Origin: Raillietiella orientalis
Lineage: Eukaryota
Direction: 5' to 3'
Length of the DNA: 64,000 nt
NCBI GenBank assembly: GCA_036172245.1
Contig: JAYWIR010000008.1
Span: forward strand, 1,178,001-1,242,000
The notes under the pieces were generated by a model, which was not told where the DNA came from, did no database searches, and saw nothing but the letters and a program-made list of their open reading frames with translations. Of the stretch, positions 1 through 12,553 are shown piece by piece. Numbering within the stretch: the first letter of the stretch is position 1; each line of letters begins with the position of its first letter. Position numbers and translations under genes: made by a program.

Positions 1-956
1 GAAAATTACAGACTTCTGCATAATGAATCATTCTCTGGAAACGCCATCCGAGTTCGTGATGGTCGAAAACACGCCCAAATGCACTTCCCGTGGAATCGAA
101 AGTGCATCTGTGCATGGCGACCCACCTCGGGTAAGGCGCCCGTGCACCACGGAAGCTGCGCTTCTATACGATTTCCAGTGCACTCGGGGGTCCCGAGACT
201 TGGATGCAGCAACTGATTAGGCGGATGAGTTTCGGTTGAGAGCAGACGCACAACCGCCAGGAAGAGGACACGGAAGACAATTCCGTGTTTTCGAATTCGG
301 AAATGAAAAATAATCGCGGTACTTTTTTGATCGGCAGCGATCGGAACTCTCGGAACCATTTGACTGTGTTGTGCACACGAGGAAGATGCTTTATCGGTTG
401 CAGCTGCTTATTAGGAACACTCACGCGCGCTTTCACCGATTCTTACGGCTGCCGAGGTCGTCGCCTTTCGCAAAACTGATGACAGATTAAACAAACGGGA
501 ATGAGGTTTGGTGTTTGCCTTTCTTCGGCAATTTCGAACCTCATTCGTGCCAAATATGAGCGTCGGCGTTAGAACAAACGAGCAAAACTCTTTCAGTCAC
601 ATGCTACAAGTACATTAAATACACCAGCACTCGTACCAGCAAAAGCAACAGGAGAACATCTCGCATACTCGAAGTCATCGCGCTTAAATGACCGCTATTT
701 ACTTCAAGTGTTGGCAGAATTTTACGAAGCGAGGCTTCAAATGACGTAGACGTTGGAATCAATTTACGATGGGGACTTTTGGAAACTTTGTTCAAACCTT
801 CAAAGGTTCGAAACTCCAGATTTTATCATTTGCTTTTGGAAAACATTTCCGGCGCAGCTGGCCGAAAGTTTGTTCCGGTGAAGCATCAAAACCGAACAGG
901 TGGGATACCGAGTCGGGACGGAGTCGGCCTGCATTTGGCAGCCACCACGGGCGAAA

Positions 957-968
957 CATAAAGGATAC
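957..968 (-). other. U12-type (minor spliceosome) 5' splice site in DMC1
   Basis: Exon 3 ends ...GAA AAT ACG TT|GTATCCTTTATG, an exact match to the U12 donor consensus RTATCCTTT, at the point where DMC1 similarity stops. Confidence 0.8.
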
Positions 969-2328
969 AACGTATTTTCTGTATCGATGAAAATGACTTT
1001 TCCACCGCTGTATCCATTATCCCCAGGCAACTGAGCCGTGACGCAAATCGTATGAGATAGCTGCGTTTTTCCAGTACGAAATTCACCAAACACTTCCGTG
1101 ATGGACATGCTTTCTATTCCTCCGCCTAACAGTTTGCTACGGAAAAAGAAGAGTTACTGAAAACACAGAGTATTCGCCTTTGGTGATTCAAGTTCAAATT
1201 CAATAAATATACAGACATATAATTAAATAAACACATGTGCAAGATCCCATTTCATGATGCCTACGAAATCAAAATTTCCAATTTTTCGCATTGCTGTTTT
1301 TTTACCATTCATAAATCATGATCAGATGCCTGGGAGCAGAAAGCATAAGATGATTTTCCCAGTTATTGTGAACGACTAATAGCCCCAAGCATCCCGCGGA
1401 CACGCGTGCAGTAATTACTTCCAGTGACACGGAATTCTGACGCTCACTCAGCGAATCGCCATTTCCCAGACGAGCTCGGAACACACAACAGCATCAGAAT
1501 TGCAATCACTTTTTACGTATTCAATAGATTTATTCAGGGTGCTTTTCTTGATGCGATTTCAAGAGTCACAATCAATAGTTTACGTGTCGCAGTTATGTGC
1601 ATGACCAGGAATTCCGGTTGATAATAAGGTAAAATGCCGCTCCAATGGTAACCCTGTTTCCTCACAAGCTCGTAGTTCACTTCCGTGGTTTTCATCTTTC
1701 CCTAAGTACAATGTCACAGGGCTGTGTCTTTCTGAATAGTGTAGTGAACAGTGTGGTATAAAAGTCTACTTTAAAGCACAGATTCATAGCACCAATGTGG
1801 TGGCAGTGTGTTTATTTTTTGATAACTGAAGCTCAAACTAAAAGAAATGCTCAAATTTCTCAGTCAAGAAGTCCGAGTTTTCTAAATCATTAGAAGCTTT
1901 GATCAGAAGCAACCAAAATATTCGGTTGCTTCTATCAGAATACCTACTCCAATTCTTGGCTGCCTGTTGTAATTCGAAACACCAGTTTTCTCTTATCGCT
2001 GACTTCCAGGGCTGTTAGAAACCCAGTCTCTGTTAACTTGGCAGCTGCTTCTTTAATTTTTTCCACTTTAGCTTCTGATAAACCCTTTATTGCACATAAT
2101 TTCTTGCGTGTGTTCATTTGGATCCCACGTACAGTGCATATACCAGAAGCTTTTAGCTTTTTAATATCTGCAACATTCTGAAAAAACAAAAAGACAGTGG
2201 CAGGAGATGACAGACATACTCACAATGCCATGATTCTGCAGCAGATCAACATCCTGGAAAAAGCTTTCATCGTCATCAACATCTTCCAAGTGGTTACAAC
2301 TAACCACCTGATCACCTTCCATTACCAT
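969..2328 (-). CDS. DMC1: Meiotic recombinase DMC1, 5' part (3 exons; remainder apparently left of the window)
   Basis: Exons 2328-2224, 2177-1948 and 1136-969 join in phase: MVMEGDQ...[58 protein letters not shown]...|[29 protein letters not shown] (Walker A)...[12 protein letters not shown]. The N-terminal motifs and IDTENT are DMC1-type rather than RAD51-type (IDTEGT). Confidence 0.93.
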
Positions 2329-2390
2329 TTATGTGTGTCTTTTAAACAAAATACTACAAAGAACCTATTGAAGAAATTACATGATATATT

Positions 2391-2895
2391 CTAAACTTGA
2401 TCAACAAGCTTAAAACGATTAGGCAACTCGTCAGGTAGAATGTGCATGTAAGTCTTATAGATAGGTGCTGAACTTCCTTGGTAATCTGCATATGCTTGCT
2501 GAACCACAAAATTAGCAAAGTTCAATTGAGCCCTCTCTGATGTCATGAGTACTTTGCCATTCTCCATAGCATAAAGACTTCCATCTTTTCCCATGCCAAC
2601 CTAAGATGCACACATACTATAACTGTAACATCATCATCAACTAACATGATAGCCTGGATGTAGGTGTGGAAGCCTCTGTTTGTGCAAAATTGTGCCTCTA
2701 CTAACCCATTGTCCCTCAAGAACTTTAATTCCACGATGTTTTGCTCGAGGACGCCCAGAATTTCCTTGCAAAGCCCTAGAACCTTTGGATGACATCCTCA
2801 TTTGTTGGAAACAGCATACACCTATGCCATATGTCAAACTAAAATCAAATGATACACTTGACATCACCTGCTTGCAGCAATCTACTGTTATTCAT
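2391..2895 (-). CDS. MRPL27: Mitochondrial ribosomal protein L27 (bL27m)
   Basis: Exons 2895-2868, 2821-2646 and 2600-2391 (46- and 45-nt introns). The protein contains KHRGIKVLEGQWVSRGTIL-KQR-HPGYHVGMGKDGSLYAMENGKV, the L27 core, and ends NRFKLVDQV. Exon 1 is inferred from phase compatibility. Confidence 0.88.
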
Positions 2896-2990
2896 GTTTT
2901 CTTTTGAATCACATAATTTTTACAAAGAACCAAATCATAAACCTGGAAAAAATATTTTTTTAATGAACACTACTTATCACACATAATTGT

Positions 2991-4489
2991 TTAATTGTCT
3001 TCCACATTTCCCCCTTCATCACTGTCAGAGCTTCCAGAAGGTGGTAGCTGTACTGGACCTGGTTTCATAGAGAAAAACAATGCCAAATATTTTTCATACT
3101 TCTATTTTTGCTTTGCTGTTCTTGCAATGATTGCAGCATGTAAGATTCCATTTCAGCAATCTGCTCACTATTACAACATTGTGCATAAGACGCAAGAAAA
3201 TCTATATTTAAATCTAAAAAATGCTTTCCCCATTTGAAAAAAGAAAGATAATGCTCTGCCTCTTCATGGAAACCTAATGAAATAATTGAAGATGTCACAA
3301 AATGATAATTTCTTCTTTTACCCAATATGTACATCACTGCTGCTAATGCTTCCACACAAGTTAGTTTTTGTGGTTTTCCATAATTAACAGGATTAGCAGC
3401 TAGCAGATATGGAAGAAGGCGGGAATGAGAAGAGTGCAGCATTTTGAATGGAACACTTTCTAATTTCGCCCAGGAGCAGTCAATTAGAGCAACACCTTTT
3501 GAAACCAAAAGTGGCTTGTCTTCTGCTGATATATACTGAAACATGACAACAGTTTGCAAGACAATATGAAAAATCATTATAACAGTCATCATGACATTTT
3601 CATGAATGCTACTTAACAGTATACTATTAATATCCTTTAATAATATCCCATGTTACTGATATGAATATCAAAATGTAACTGAAATTTTTCATATGATGTT
3701 TATGAAGAGGTTCTGGGTCAGTAATATCAAATACTGTAATCTGAACAATGGAATTTGAGGGATAACTAATCAGTAAGTAGTACTAGAAACTAACAAATGA
3801 AAACAAAAGGATCTATTTAACAAATAAATGGAAAACCGTCCTTTTCAAAATGAATGCATGGGAAAACATGGGATTAGCACATGAAACTGATACTCTCATA
3901 ATAAAGCCCATCTCTTAATCCAGTACAGATCCCAGTTTATTATAAGAAACAAATTCGCCTCATGTGACAAGTTCCTGCTATTCTACTGTCCACATCAAAC
4001 CTTTGAGCAATGTAGGCCAGATATGCTTACAAATTGCATATCTTGAAAAACAAAAACCTATGGCAAATACATTAAAAAACATGTACTTGTCATATAAATT
4101 GCCCTGGAGAGCTGTTGTCATCTGTAATCGAAATTCAATGAACCTAATCACGTGCTCAGATTAACAGTTTATGGAACAACTTGCATTGTAATACTTACCT
4201 TTGTGGCAGATGGAGAAAGGATTAATCCTGAAAATCTCTGGGTTGGCTTTAGGATACGTAAAACCTTCTTTCTGAAAAGTTTGCGTCCGCTACATTTGTT
4301 TGGATCACATTGTTTAAAATCCCACATTGCAATTCTGAATTCTGAAGTGAAAAAACGATCGAGTATGGTTTGGGTTGACACCTTGGAGAAATGCTACTTA
4401 CTTTTGTAACTCGACGCTTCGTCACTTTGGTTCTCCTCGACGCAAGGATCTTGGGAAACATCTGCTTCTTCCTCGACAGCACATTCCAT
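2991..4489 (-). CDS. TSR3: 18S rRNA aminocarboxypropyltransferase TSR3
   Basis: Exons 4489-4402, 4341-4199, 3535-3322, 3273-3100 and 3058-2991. Motifs IAMWDFKQCDPNKCSGRKL, LIDCSWAKL, RLLPYLLAANPVNYGKPQKLTCVEALAA and FKWGKHFLDLN. The start may extend to an ATG at 4599 via one more intron. Confidence 0.93.
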
Positions 4490-6269
4490 AGCCCGCTCGT
4501 CCTCCCTTTGGATTGAAGCGTAGGCCTAAGTAGAGGACCTCAGCATTTTCTTACAACTCGGGCGCTCCTGTTTTGAATTACGTTTGCATTCAATGGCATC
4601 TCCGTGGAGTAGTAAAATGGGGCTGGCGAAACGAACCAAAAGACTGCTTGCTGAATTCTAACCTAACTAACTTGAGTTTACATATGAATTAACCTTCAAA
4701 GAATAAACCAGACCTGTGGATACCAGTGGAACATGTTCAGTACAAATAAATTTTGTAAACACTTTAGAACAACTTTGAATCATAATGGGCTACTTCAAAA
4801 GGTTTCCAATAAAACATCAAATTTTGTGTGCTACACGCACACCTAAACCGTTCTTTTATGTGAATACACTTCGAACTGTATTTACTTCAACGCGATTTCT
4901 AGGAAATTGTCGATGCCCATCCTCGACTAGCAATTAACTTGACATCGGTTTCGTATATTTCTCTCAGATTCCACGAATGAACCTAATTCCTCCTTTGAAA
5001 TTGGGAGGATCTTCATATTAAGTTTTTTTTTTTTTTCCGTTAAAATCAGTTATTTCGTCATACTGACATTGTTCATCTTACAAATACTTTTTTGCAGCCT
5101 TTGACAGTGTCTGCACTTGTTTAGAAAAATGTTCTTAACGCATCCACAATTTCAGCAAAGATCCGGCTTTCAAGACCATGAACATGGATTAAGGATGACA
5201 CAACAACAGCTTCTCGGTCTTTTGGCTAAGATCAAAGTTTAGGATCACACAATGAAATCTCTTATTAATCTGATTACATACATATACATACATACATTTG
5301 ATTCAAATACGCTGCGAAAATGGAAATCATCGTAGGTTTTCAACTGATCAATGTCTGGTTGGTTCAGGTATTCAATTTTAGCAAAGATTAATTTCAGAGC
5401 CAAACGACAACCGTGACCGACAACTAGGATTTTCAAAAGAGAAAAGAACTACAGTTTTCATAGGCATCAAGCAAATGAAAACTGGATTTCAGTTTCATCC
5501 TATGAAATAGGTTTTTTTCTTTTGCTTGAATGAAAGTCATTACCAAAAATCTTAAAACTGATGAAAAAATTGCCATTTCTTAAGAACTTTTTATTTGAGG
5601 CTCATATTTTCCAACTCGTACATACACAATGAGGATTCATCTTTTTAGGCATAGATGCAATGAACGTGCGAGATAAGAGCAACACAGCTGCTTAATGAAA
5701 AATCCATTTTCGAATTCAAAGTGAATTTTCGCAGGTAGTGGTGGGTTGCTACCATCACACAGTTTCAATTGATGCTTGGGGAACTGAGATTCGCAATCCT
5801 CACTTGGATACATTGGTACACTTGGTGGCAGCACATTTTGCTATACAACATGAATTTCGTCCTAACCTTAATGAAACCGAAAATGTTCTCGATCTAAGAT
5901 ACTTTCGAACCCTCTATCGCCGCAGACGTACCGAGTGAGAGAGTAGCCTCTACGATCGTTGGCATTTCCTAAAAGAAATGCTGATATGCTACTTGAAGCC
6001 GATTTACAGGAGCTTCCCGTTCCAGTCCTCCGAAGAGCTCAACCCTCTGCACTGCTCTCCCGCTTTGGAAGGGTCTTTAAAGCTGGTAGGATATCCTTCC
6101 AGTGCAAGAATGGCCCGGGTCCTGCATTGGACTGCTGGAAGAAGCAGACTTAACGATCGATGCGGTACCTTGGAACATCACTCTTGGTGACCCTTCTTCC
6201 ACTGCCGGAATCTCTTCAAAGGAGGGGAGAGAAATCGTCCTATCTAGCTAGAATTGACCCCGAAGACAC

Positions 6270-9150
6270 ATGCGTTCTGGACACGGTATTGACTCCACAT
6301 CTGCCGATCTACCAGTACTAGTGGCAAGAAAAAAGGAACTGTCGAAATCGTCTCTGACTCTCATCCTCCCAGATGGCTCAACTGACTTTGATTATTGTCG
6401 AGCGCTTTGTTATTCCCAAGGACGTCCGTCTCTCTGTGACCCCTATCCGACGGATGCCATTAAACGTTTCTCTGAGTCGGGTGGCTACTGCCTGCATTCT
6501 GGAATATGTGGACGAGATTTTCCTGGGATCCTCCTTCGAGGGATACATACAGCACCCCATTTCCAGGAGCACAGAGAGCTTCTCAAGAGTCTTTCTTTTG
6601 AGGACCAACTACAAATGGGTGCTCTTCTCCTGTCTTCTCTTCAGTCTTCGGGTGAGTTTCCTTCACCAACGCCAGAGAATTTTCCAACCCACTTCACTTG
6701 TCATGTACTCTTCAAAGCACTTCGAGATCCGATGAACAGACTCAGGTGACAAAGTTTCTTTTCCTGCCCTCCCCCCTTCCTCATTCCTAAGATCCTCGCT
6801 GAAGTTCTCAGAGCTAATTCTCTGAGATCTTTTGCGCTGCTGTCTGCAACAAAGGTACTCCCCGGTCCAGCAACCTGACCACCGGCCGCCGCTTCTTCTA
6901 ATAGGGAGACAGGCGCGCGCGCGTGCACTCGTTCTCCCCGAAGAAGCTCTCTAAGGGAGACAATCCTAGTGGCCCCGTCCCTACTCTTGACGGCATCATG
7001 ACACCTGCTTCGATCCATGATAGTTTGATCACCTGCGTCTACAAGGAATTCGGAACTATTCTTTACGAACTGGGGCTTCCCTGGCGGCGTTTCAGTGGTT
7101 CTTCATCTTTTGGAAGGACTGGGAAAACAAAGGCAGGGCTGCTTCCTGAGAAAAGCACTTAGAAGAGTGATCTCTCCATCGATGAAGTACCTTTGCTATG
7201 AGCTCCACAGACACGATGACTCCTCGCATCGATCATCACAGCCACGGCGTGGAGCTGTTATGATTCCGAACAGAGGAAATGAAGCGATTCGCATTAGACG
7301 CAGGGCAACAAGGAGAGAGCATTTTCCATTTTCCAAGGCCTACTGAGAACCAGCTGTCCTTTTTATGAGCTCCAGAAAGGAAGGTGAGCTTTTTATGAGG
7401 CCCAAGGAACCTCCTCTCTTAGTCTAGAGGGCGAGCCGATTGAATGTTCCACAGAAGCGCTGCATCCCTCAAAGTTCAGGAGGAACGGAACTCGTCTGCT
7501 GGGAACCTTTGCACTAGTACAGGGAAGAGGGATTACGGATATCCGACTGCGACAGTTCTAAGAGAGATGAGTGGAATGCGATGTACAGGGGGAACCACAG
7601 GCGCCTCATGGGGAGCGTCTCATTATGTCTTCACTGAGGGGCTCAGTAGCCGTCGGAGGATGTTTTCTTCCCACCGCAGACAGCTAAGTTTCTTGTAAGC
7701 GAGCGCGCATGTCCGCTTCTGCCATGCAGTCTTTGCTTTGCCCTTGAATGCTATTTCCTCTCTCTAACCGAGAGCTAACAGCATCTATTTTCTCCAAAAC
7801 TCCATCATGACTGAATCTCCTTCTTTGAGAGCCACAGAGTTCACGGTCTGGAGTTCAGTGAGTAGGTGTCCGTTAACGACAGCAAGCAGTTTTTATGAGT
7901 GATCGACACTCCAACGGACGCAGGCGCACAGACATGGGCGAGTTCTGGACTCCTGCTATTGTAGCTGCTGTTCCGAAGGGATACAGTAAAGCGTGAGCTT
8001 TCTTGTTGCAGATGTCTCCATGGCTTTTGGCGTGAAATGGATTTGGGAGTGTCTTCGATCAGCTTCTCGGCTTATCGAGTCCGCATATCCAAGAGAATCG
8101 TCTGGAAGGCTGCAAATCGAGGACGACGACGACGATAGTCTGAGGGGCAGTTGCAATGATAACAAGTGAGTTTGCTTGTCCTTGCATCGCTCATTCCTTG
8201 CTGCCATTATTTGGATGATGTTTTCCAAAATAATGGCTGATGTTTCCCATGCTGATGCACATGAACTTCCGACTCGCCTTATATAGTGCCCTGCAACAGT
8301 GATTCAGGACACTTTCTTTCCCTCTTTCTTGGACTTTTTGACCTTGTTGCAGATCTCTGGCTTTAACATCATTCTTGGCAGCCATGATGGGGCATATTTT
8401 CTGTTTTGTTTATGCACATGCCAGGCCTGATGGGAAACTAAGACCCTATGGAGTTATTATGACTACCGGACTCAGTGGTTCATCTCTTTGAATGATGGAC
8501 GAAGCTGAGGGTGTGGGTTAAGGAACCAGCTGAGTCCCATCGACTACACATGATCTTCAAGAAGCAACAGCCTACAAACATCAAACTCTTGCCCTCGTAT
8601 TACGTGAGAGATTTTCATCGGGATGCTGAGTTTTCTTTCGAATGTGATCTCTAAGTAGGAGGAACTTGAAACCACATCCGCAGTGCAAAGCAGGAAATGA
8701 CGAATGACTTGCGGAGACCAACTGGTGGGCAGTCTATCCCGAACGAAACTTTTTCCGACGAATCCTCATGGAATGGTACTGTTCCCTCATTGTAGGGTTT
8801 GTTTATCTCAAGACCTCTTGCTGACTAAGAATAAGGCATGCAGGGCGCTTCTCTAAGGTTCCTGTTGCTGACATGATGTTTTGCTTTGAGAGTACGCTTC
8901 GATTGCAAACCTATCTGCATTGCTTAATTACCTATGTGGAGGCTTAGGAGAAGTAAGATGGCTGATGTCAAAAGTCACGAACTGAGGAGCTTGTCCACGA
9001 ATGCCTGGAGTGTTCGCACTTTTGGCTTCTCCTTCAGGTGCAACTCTTTGTCTTTAAGAACTGGATCACCTCTGGTGGTGATGGCCCATCATATAGGACG
9101 ACCAGAACAAGTTCTCCAAAGTCCTTTTAGCCACTGTTAGTTGAAATGAT
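6270..9150 (+). mobile_element. Heavily degenerate Ty3/gypsy-like LTR retrotransposon pol remnant
   Basis: Frame-broken motifs in the expected order: PVLVARKK...DGS..FDY.R...DPYP (RT N-terminus, ~6310-6450), RMPLN...ILEYVDEIFLGSSFEGYIQH (resembles MPFGL...YLDDILI.S.SFEEHLQH, ~6450-6560), and ATAYKHQTLALVLR (resembles integrase TTAYHPQTNGLVER, ~8565-8605). No LTRs recognised; boundaries approximate. Confidence 0.45.
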
Positions 9151-9379
9151 GGATGGAGAGTATCCAAAGGTCATCGACAGCAGACAAGACAAGGTCAGAA
9201 AGGACTAAGTTCTGGGGGCAGTATTGCTAAATGTGCTCAGGATCTTTGCTGGCGCCAGACGATCTGAGGAATTAAACCATCTTTATTCTACCCATTAGGC
9301 ATCGTGAACGATTTTTCTTTTTGCTGGTGTAGTAAGTTCCTCTTCCTTTACCAGGATAAACAAGAAGCATGTAATTGAT

Positions 9380-12300
9380 TCATGGTTTATTTTTATTAGA
9401 TCTTCGGCTGTAGGTGTCTGGTCTGTTCTTTCTGAGCTTCCTTTTTTTCTGGATGTTCCGTTTGGTAGACATCTTTCTCCTCCACCAATTCTATTTGAAA
9501 AAGAAACATTAGATTTTCTGTAAGGAAAACAATTCATTCGGTGTTCTCCATGAAGAGGAAAGTAGCTTCGCAATGTGCCGTTGCAACCTCGATATCATTC
9601 TTCTTTCTGTGAGTTTGCCCGTACTTTGTTTGCAAACACCTTGAAGGCGATCGGCATGGAGAAAGCTCATGAGAAACAAGCGGAAAAAAATAGTCCTTCG
9701 GTGCTAAATAATGTTGGATCATGGGCTTTCTCTCAGATCAGCAGAGCTTAACAACACAGCATGATTCTCCATCTTTGTTCAGGTTGCCCAACAGTCACCC
9801 AGTTAAGAAAAATTCTATGGTGTTCCTCTGTGGGCCATGGCAATAGGAACAGTCAGTCCCTTTCAGACTGGAACACATTCCTCCGTCCATAGTGAATTCG
9901 TCTTAGGACTAATTTCCTTGCTGCTTAGGTGACGTCGCCTTTTTTTTTTTTTGTTTTATCAGAAATGAGCTGCACCACATCTGAATTCACGCCTTGCTGT
10001 ATTGGTTCCAGGGTGATAGAATTCGTGGAGAGAACAGGAGCTTCGTCGATACCAGTGAAAGCCACTTCTATTGGTAAAATAAGTTATGAATTGTTCTTCA
10101 CTGTACGGAGAGGCAACCTCAGGAATTTCCATGCATTTCCTTACGTATGTTACCGCTTTTCCAATTTTAGGCACGAATTCTGGAGATATCCTACGCCACT
10201 GCCATGAAATTCAGACCTCAGGGGCTGTCGCGGACAACCGTGAGAAAGAAGCCACTGGCTGTTGTCTCAAACTCTTCACGTCATTGCAACAAATCATCAT
10301 GATTGAATCTTCAAAAATGTGTAGTTGCTTGCACAGGTGTTTCTTCTGCAACTGCCTAACCGTTGGATCAGATGGCAGTTTTCTTCATTCTTTTCTGGTT
10401 CCGATCTGAATGTGCCCTCTTTGCTCGTGCCTCCCAGCATTCCCCCAGAAGCCAGAATTATTCTTCACATTGTATGTGATGTTAAATTCTCTTCATTCGT
10501 AGGTACCAGTTGTAGTTCTTTTGTACCAAACTCCGATGAGGGCGCGCCCATTATTCTTCATTTACTGTATCAAAACTTACTACACCTAACCTTTTCGATC
10601 CTCTGTTATTTACTGTGTTTATGAAATCTTCACGAATTTTTCACCTCCAAGAAGACTGTTGCCACCATTCTACAAGAATTCAATGAAATCGATTTTTGCA
10701 TTCCTCAGGCAACACTTTCTGATGCGCACTTCCCGAAAGTACTTCTGATAAGGTGACTAAGATATAGCTTGGAAACCCTGTTTAGAAGAATGGACGAGAT
10801 CTACAGCCGGAAGTCTTGCCTGACGATGAGAACCGCAAGCATCAGGTGGCTTTCGCGACGCATACTGAATCCCAATTCGTTCCCAAAGTGTTCCACTGCT
10901 TTGAGACGATAGAGAGGCAGATCTTGATCGAAACAAATTCCTAACTCATGTGGAACTTGTTACTGTAAAAGCTCAATTAAACGATTATGGCATCCCTCGA
11001 GATCAGCATCCTTGGGAGTGCTGCCAGAATTGTCATCTTCCTAGTTTCAAGACTGGCCGCTGTTGCAGGCAGCAGAAAGAACGAGCGGTTTTCGCATGAT
11101 TTGGTAAAGAGGAGTTCTTTCCGCTTACCATCACTCAACTACTTATCTATTCTGAGCCAACTGAAGCCGGTTGCAAGAAGGAGGTTGCGATTACGGCTTT
11201 GTGATAACAAAAGAGCTGCTATTCATGAAATGCTAACGGAAGAGGTCGGTGAACAGAGGTTGGCACACGCGCGTTTTCCTAGTGTTGCCAGATCACACCT
11301 AATCTACACAAATTCTCACCTGGATCTTGGTGGCAGCGATTGTCTGTTTCAGTCGCTGGATTCTGAGGACTCCTTTCCTATGCTGCTCCTTTTTGTAATC
11401 CTCTATGAATTTTTCATGCTCCAGGCACTTTCAGGCAACAGACTGACGGCTTGCTCACCTCCCCCCCCCCCCCCCCGCAGTATCCTTACCAAAGCAGAAA
11501 GATTTGATAACGTTTGGAGACTTGCAAGCCTCCTGTTCTCCAGACCCACAATCTCGGTCTCTTTTTCTTCGGTGTCTCTTTCATATTTTTCACTCCAAAA
11601 GTTGATGAGGTTGGCTAGATCCTAGAATGCGCTTAGCTGCGTTGGGCGTAGGTCCTGACCTCACGTGTTGCTCGCTCGCAAAAAAGTTGTCCAGTTCTGC
11701 ATTGATTCGTGTTTCGTTCTCCATTTCTTCTTGTAGGTCCTTGATCTCCAGGCGCTTTTCTTCGTCCATCTTCGCCAGCTGCCTTTCCAGCAAGGATACT
11801 TTGTTACGCATCGCCTTATCGATGTAGCGGATCTCGAACGAGGTTTTCAGACGGATGTCATGGAGTTTATCCTTGAAGGACAAAACGGCCGGTAATCGGA
11901 AGACAACAGAGTGCGAGTTCCTGAAGCAAAGAAGCTGCTCACCTTGGATGTAGCGATGCTCCCATCCAGTCTGCTTATCTCTTCTTCTTTCTCTTTGCCG
12001 ATCCTTGATATCTGACCGAGCAGTTCTTTGATCTTGCTTCTCGAATTCTCATTTGCCATGATTTTGTTGTACACCTCCATAATCTCCATCTCTTCTTTTT
12101 CGAGGAGCCGGGTGAGCGTCTTCGTCGTTCGTGTCTCCTTTATTTCCGCCAACAGGTTTTCGATTCCTTGCACTAAAAACCTCCTGAGCAAAACGAAAGG
12201 GATGAAACCCCACAGTGACCTCCGGAATCAACCGCACTGTGGATCATCATTGAGATGTCCAAATATTGTAAAACAATGAATTCTAGGGGATCCAGAATGG

Positions 12301-12553
12301 CAAGAGATGGGACCATGGAATGGAGCGCAAGCGCGCTCAGGTGCAACTGGCCCTTGAAAAAATGATGACGAAGACCAGAATATTCGACAACATTGACTGC
12401 CTCGGAACAAATAAATGACTCGACGTGACGATGCCCATATTCTTCAAATACCCCCACTCCCATCATCGTCAAGAGTATGAGTTGTTGCACAGTCCATCGA
12501 AAGACCAAAAGAAGACCAATGGGCGTCTTCAGCCCTAATCGGGATAGTTTCAT
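9380..12553 (-). CDS. IQCG: IQ-domain coiled-coil protein G / dynein regulatory complex subunit 9
   Basis: Exons ~12170-11943, 11871-11665, 11621-11490, 11427-11320 and 9490-9380 join in phase: ...EIRYIDK...ENETRINAELDNFFASEQH|DLANLINFWSEKYERDTEEKETEI...|CLEHEKFIEDYKKE...AATKIQ|NWWRRKMSTKR + Lys/Arg tail. This matches the DRC9 layout with a C-terminal IQ motif. The 5' exons (12.2-12.8 kb) are unresolved and the start is a guess. Confidence 0.75.

Noticed and set aside
886..930. Possible next DMC1 exon just downstream of the U12 donor (..[11 protein letters not shown])
   Set aside because: Only superficially like FRPDRLRDIADRF; it hits a stop immediately, no U12 branch site is visible, and no YARAYTSEHQ follows.
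10987..11625. 212-aa plus-strand ORF
   Set aside because: Antisense shadow of IQCG exons and introns; no protein-like motifs.
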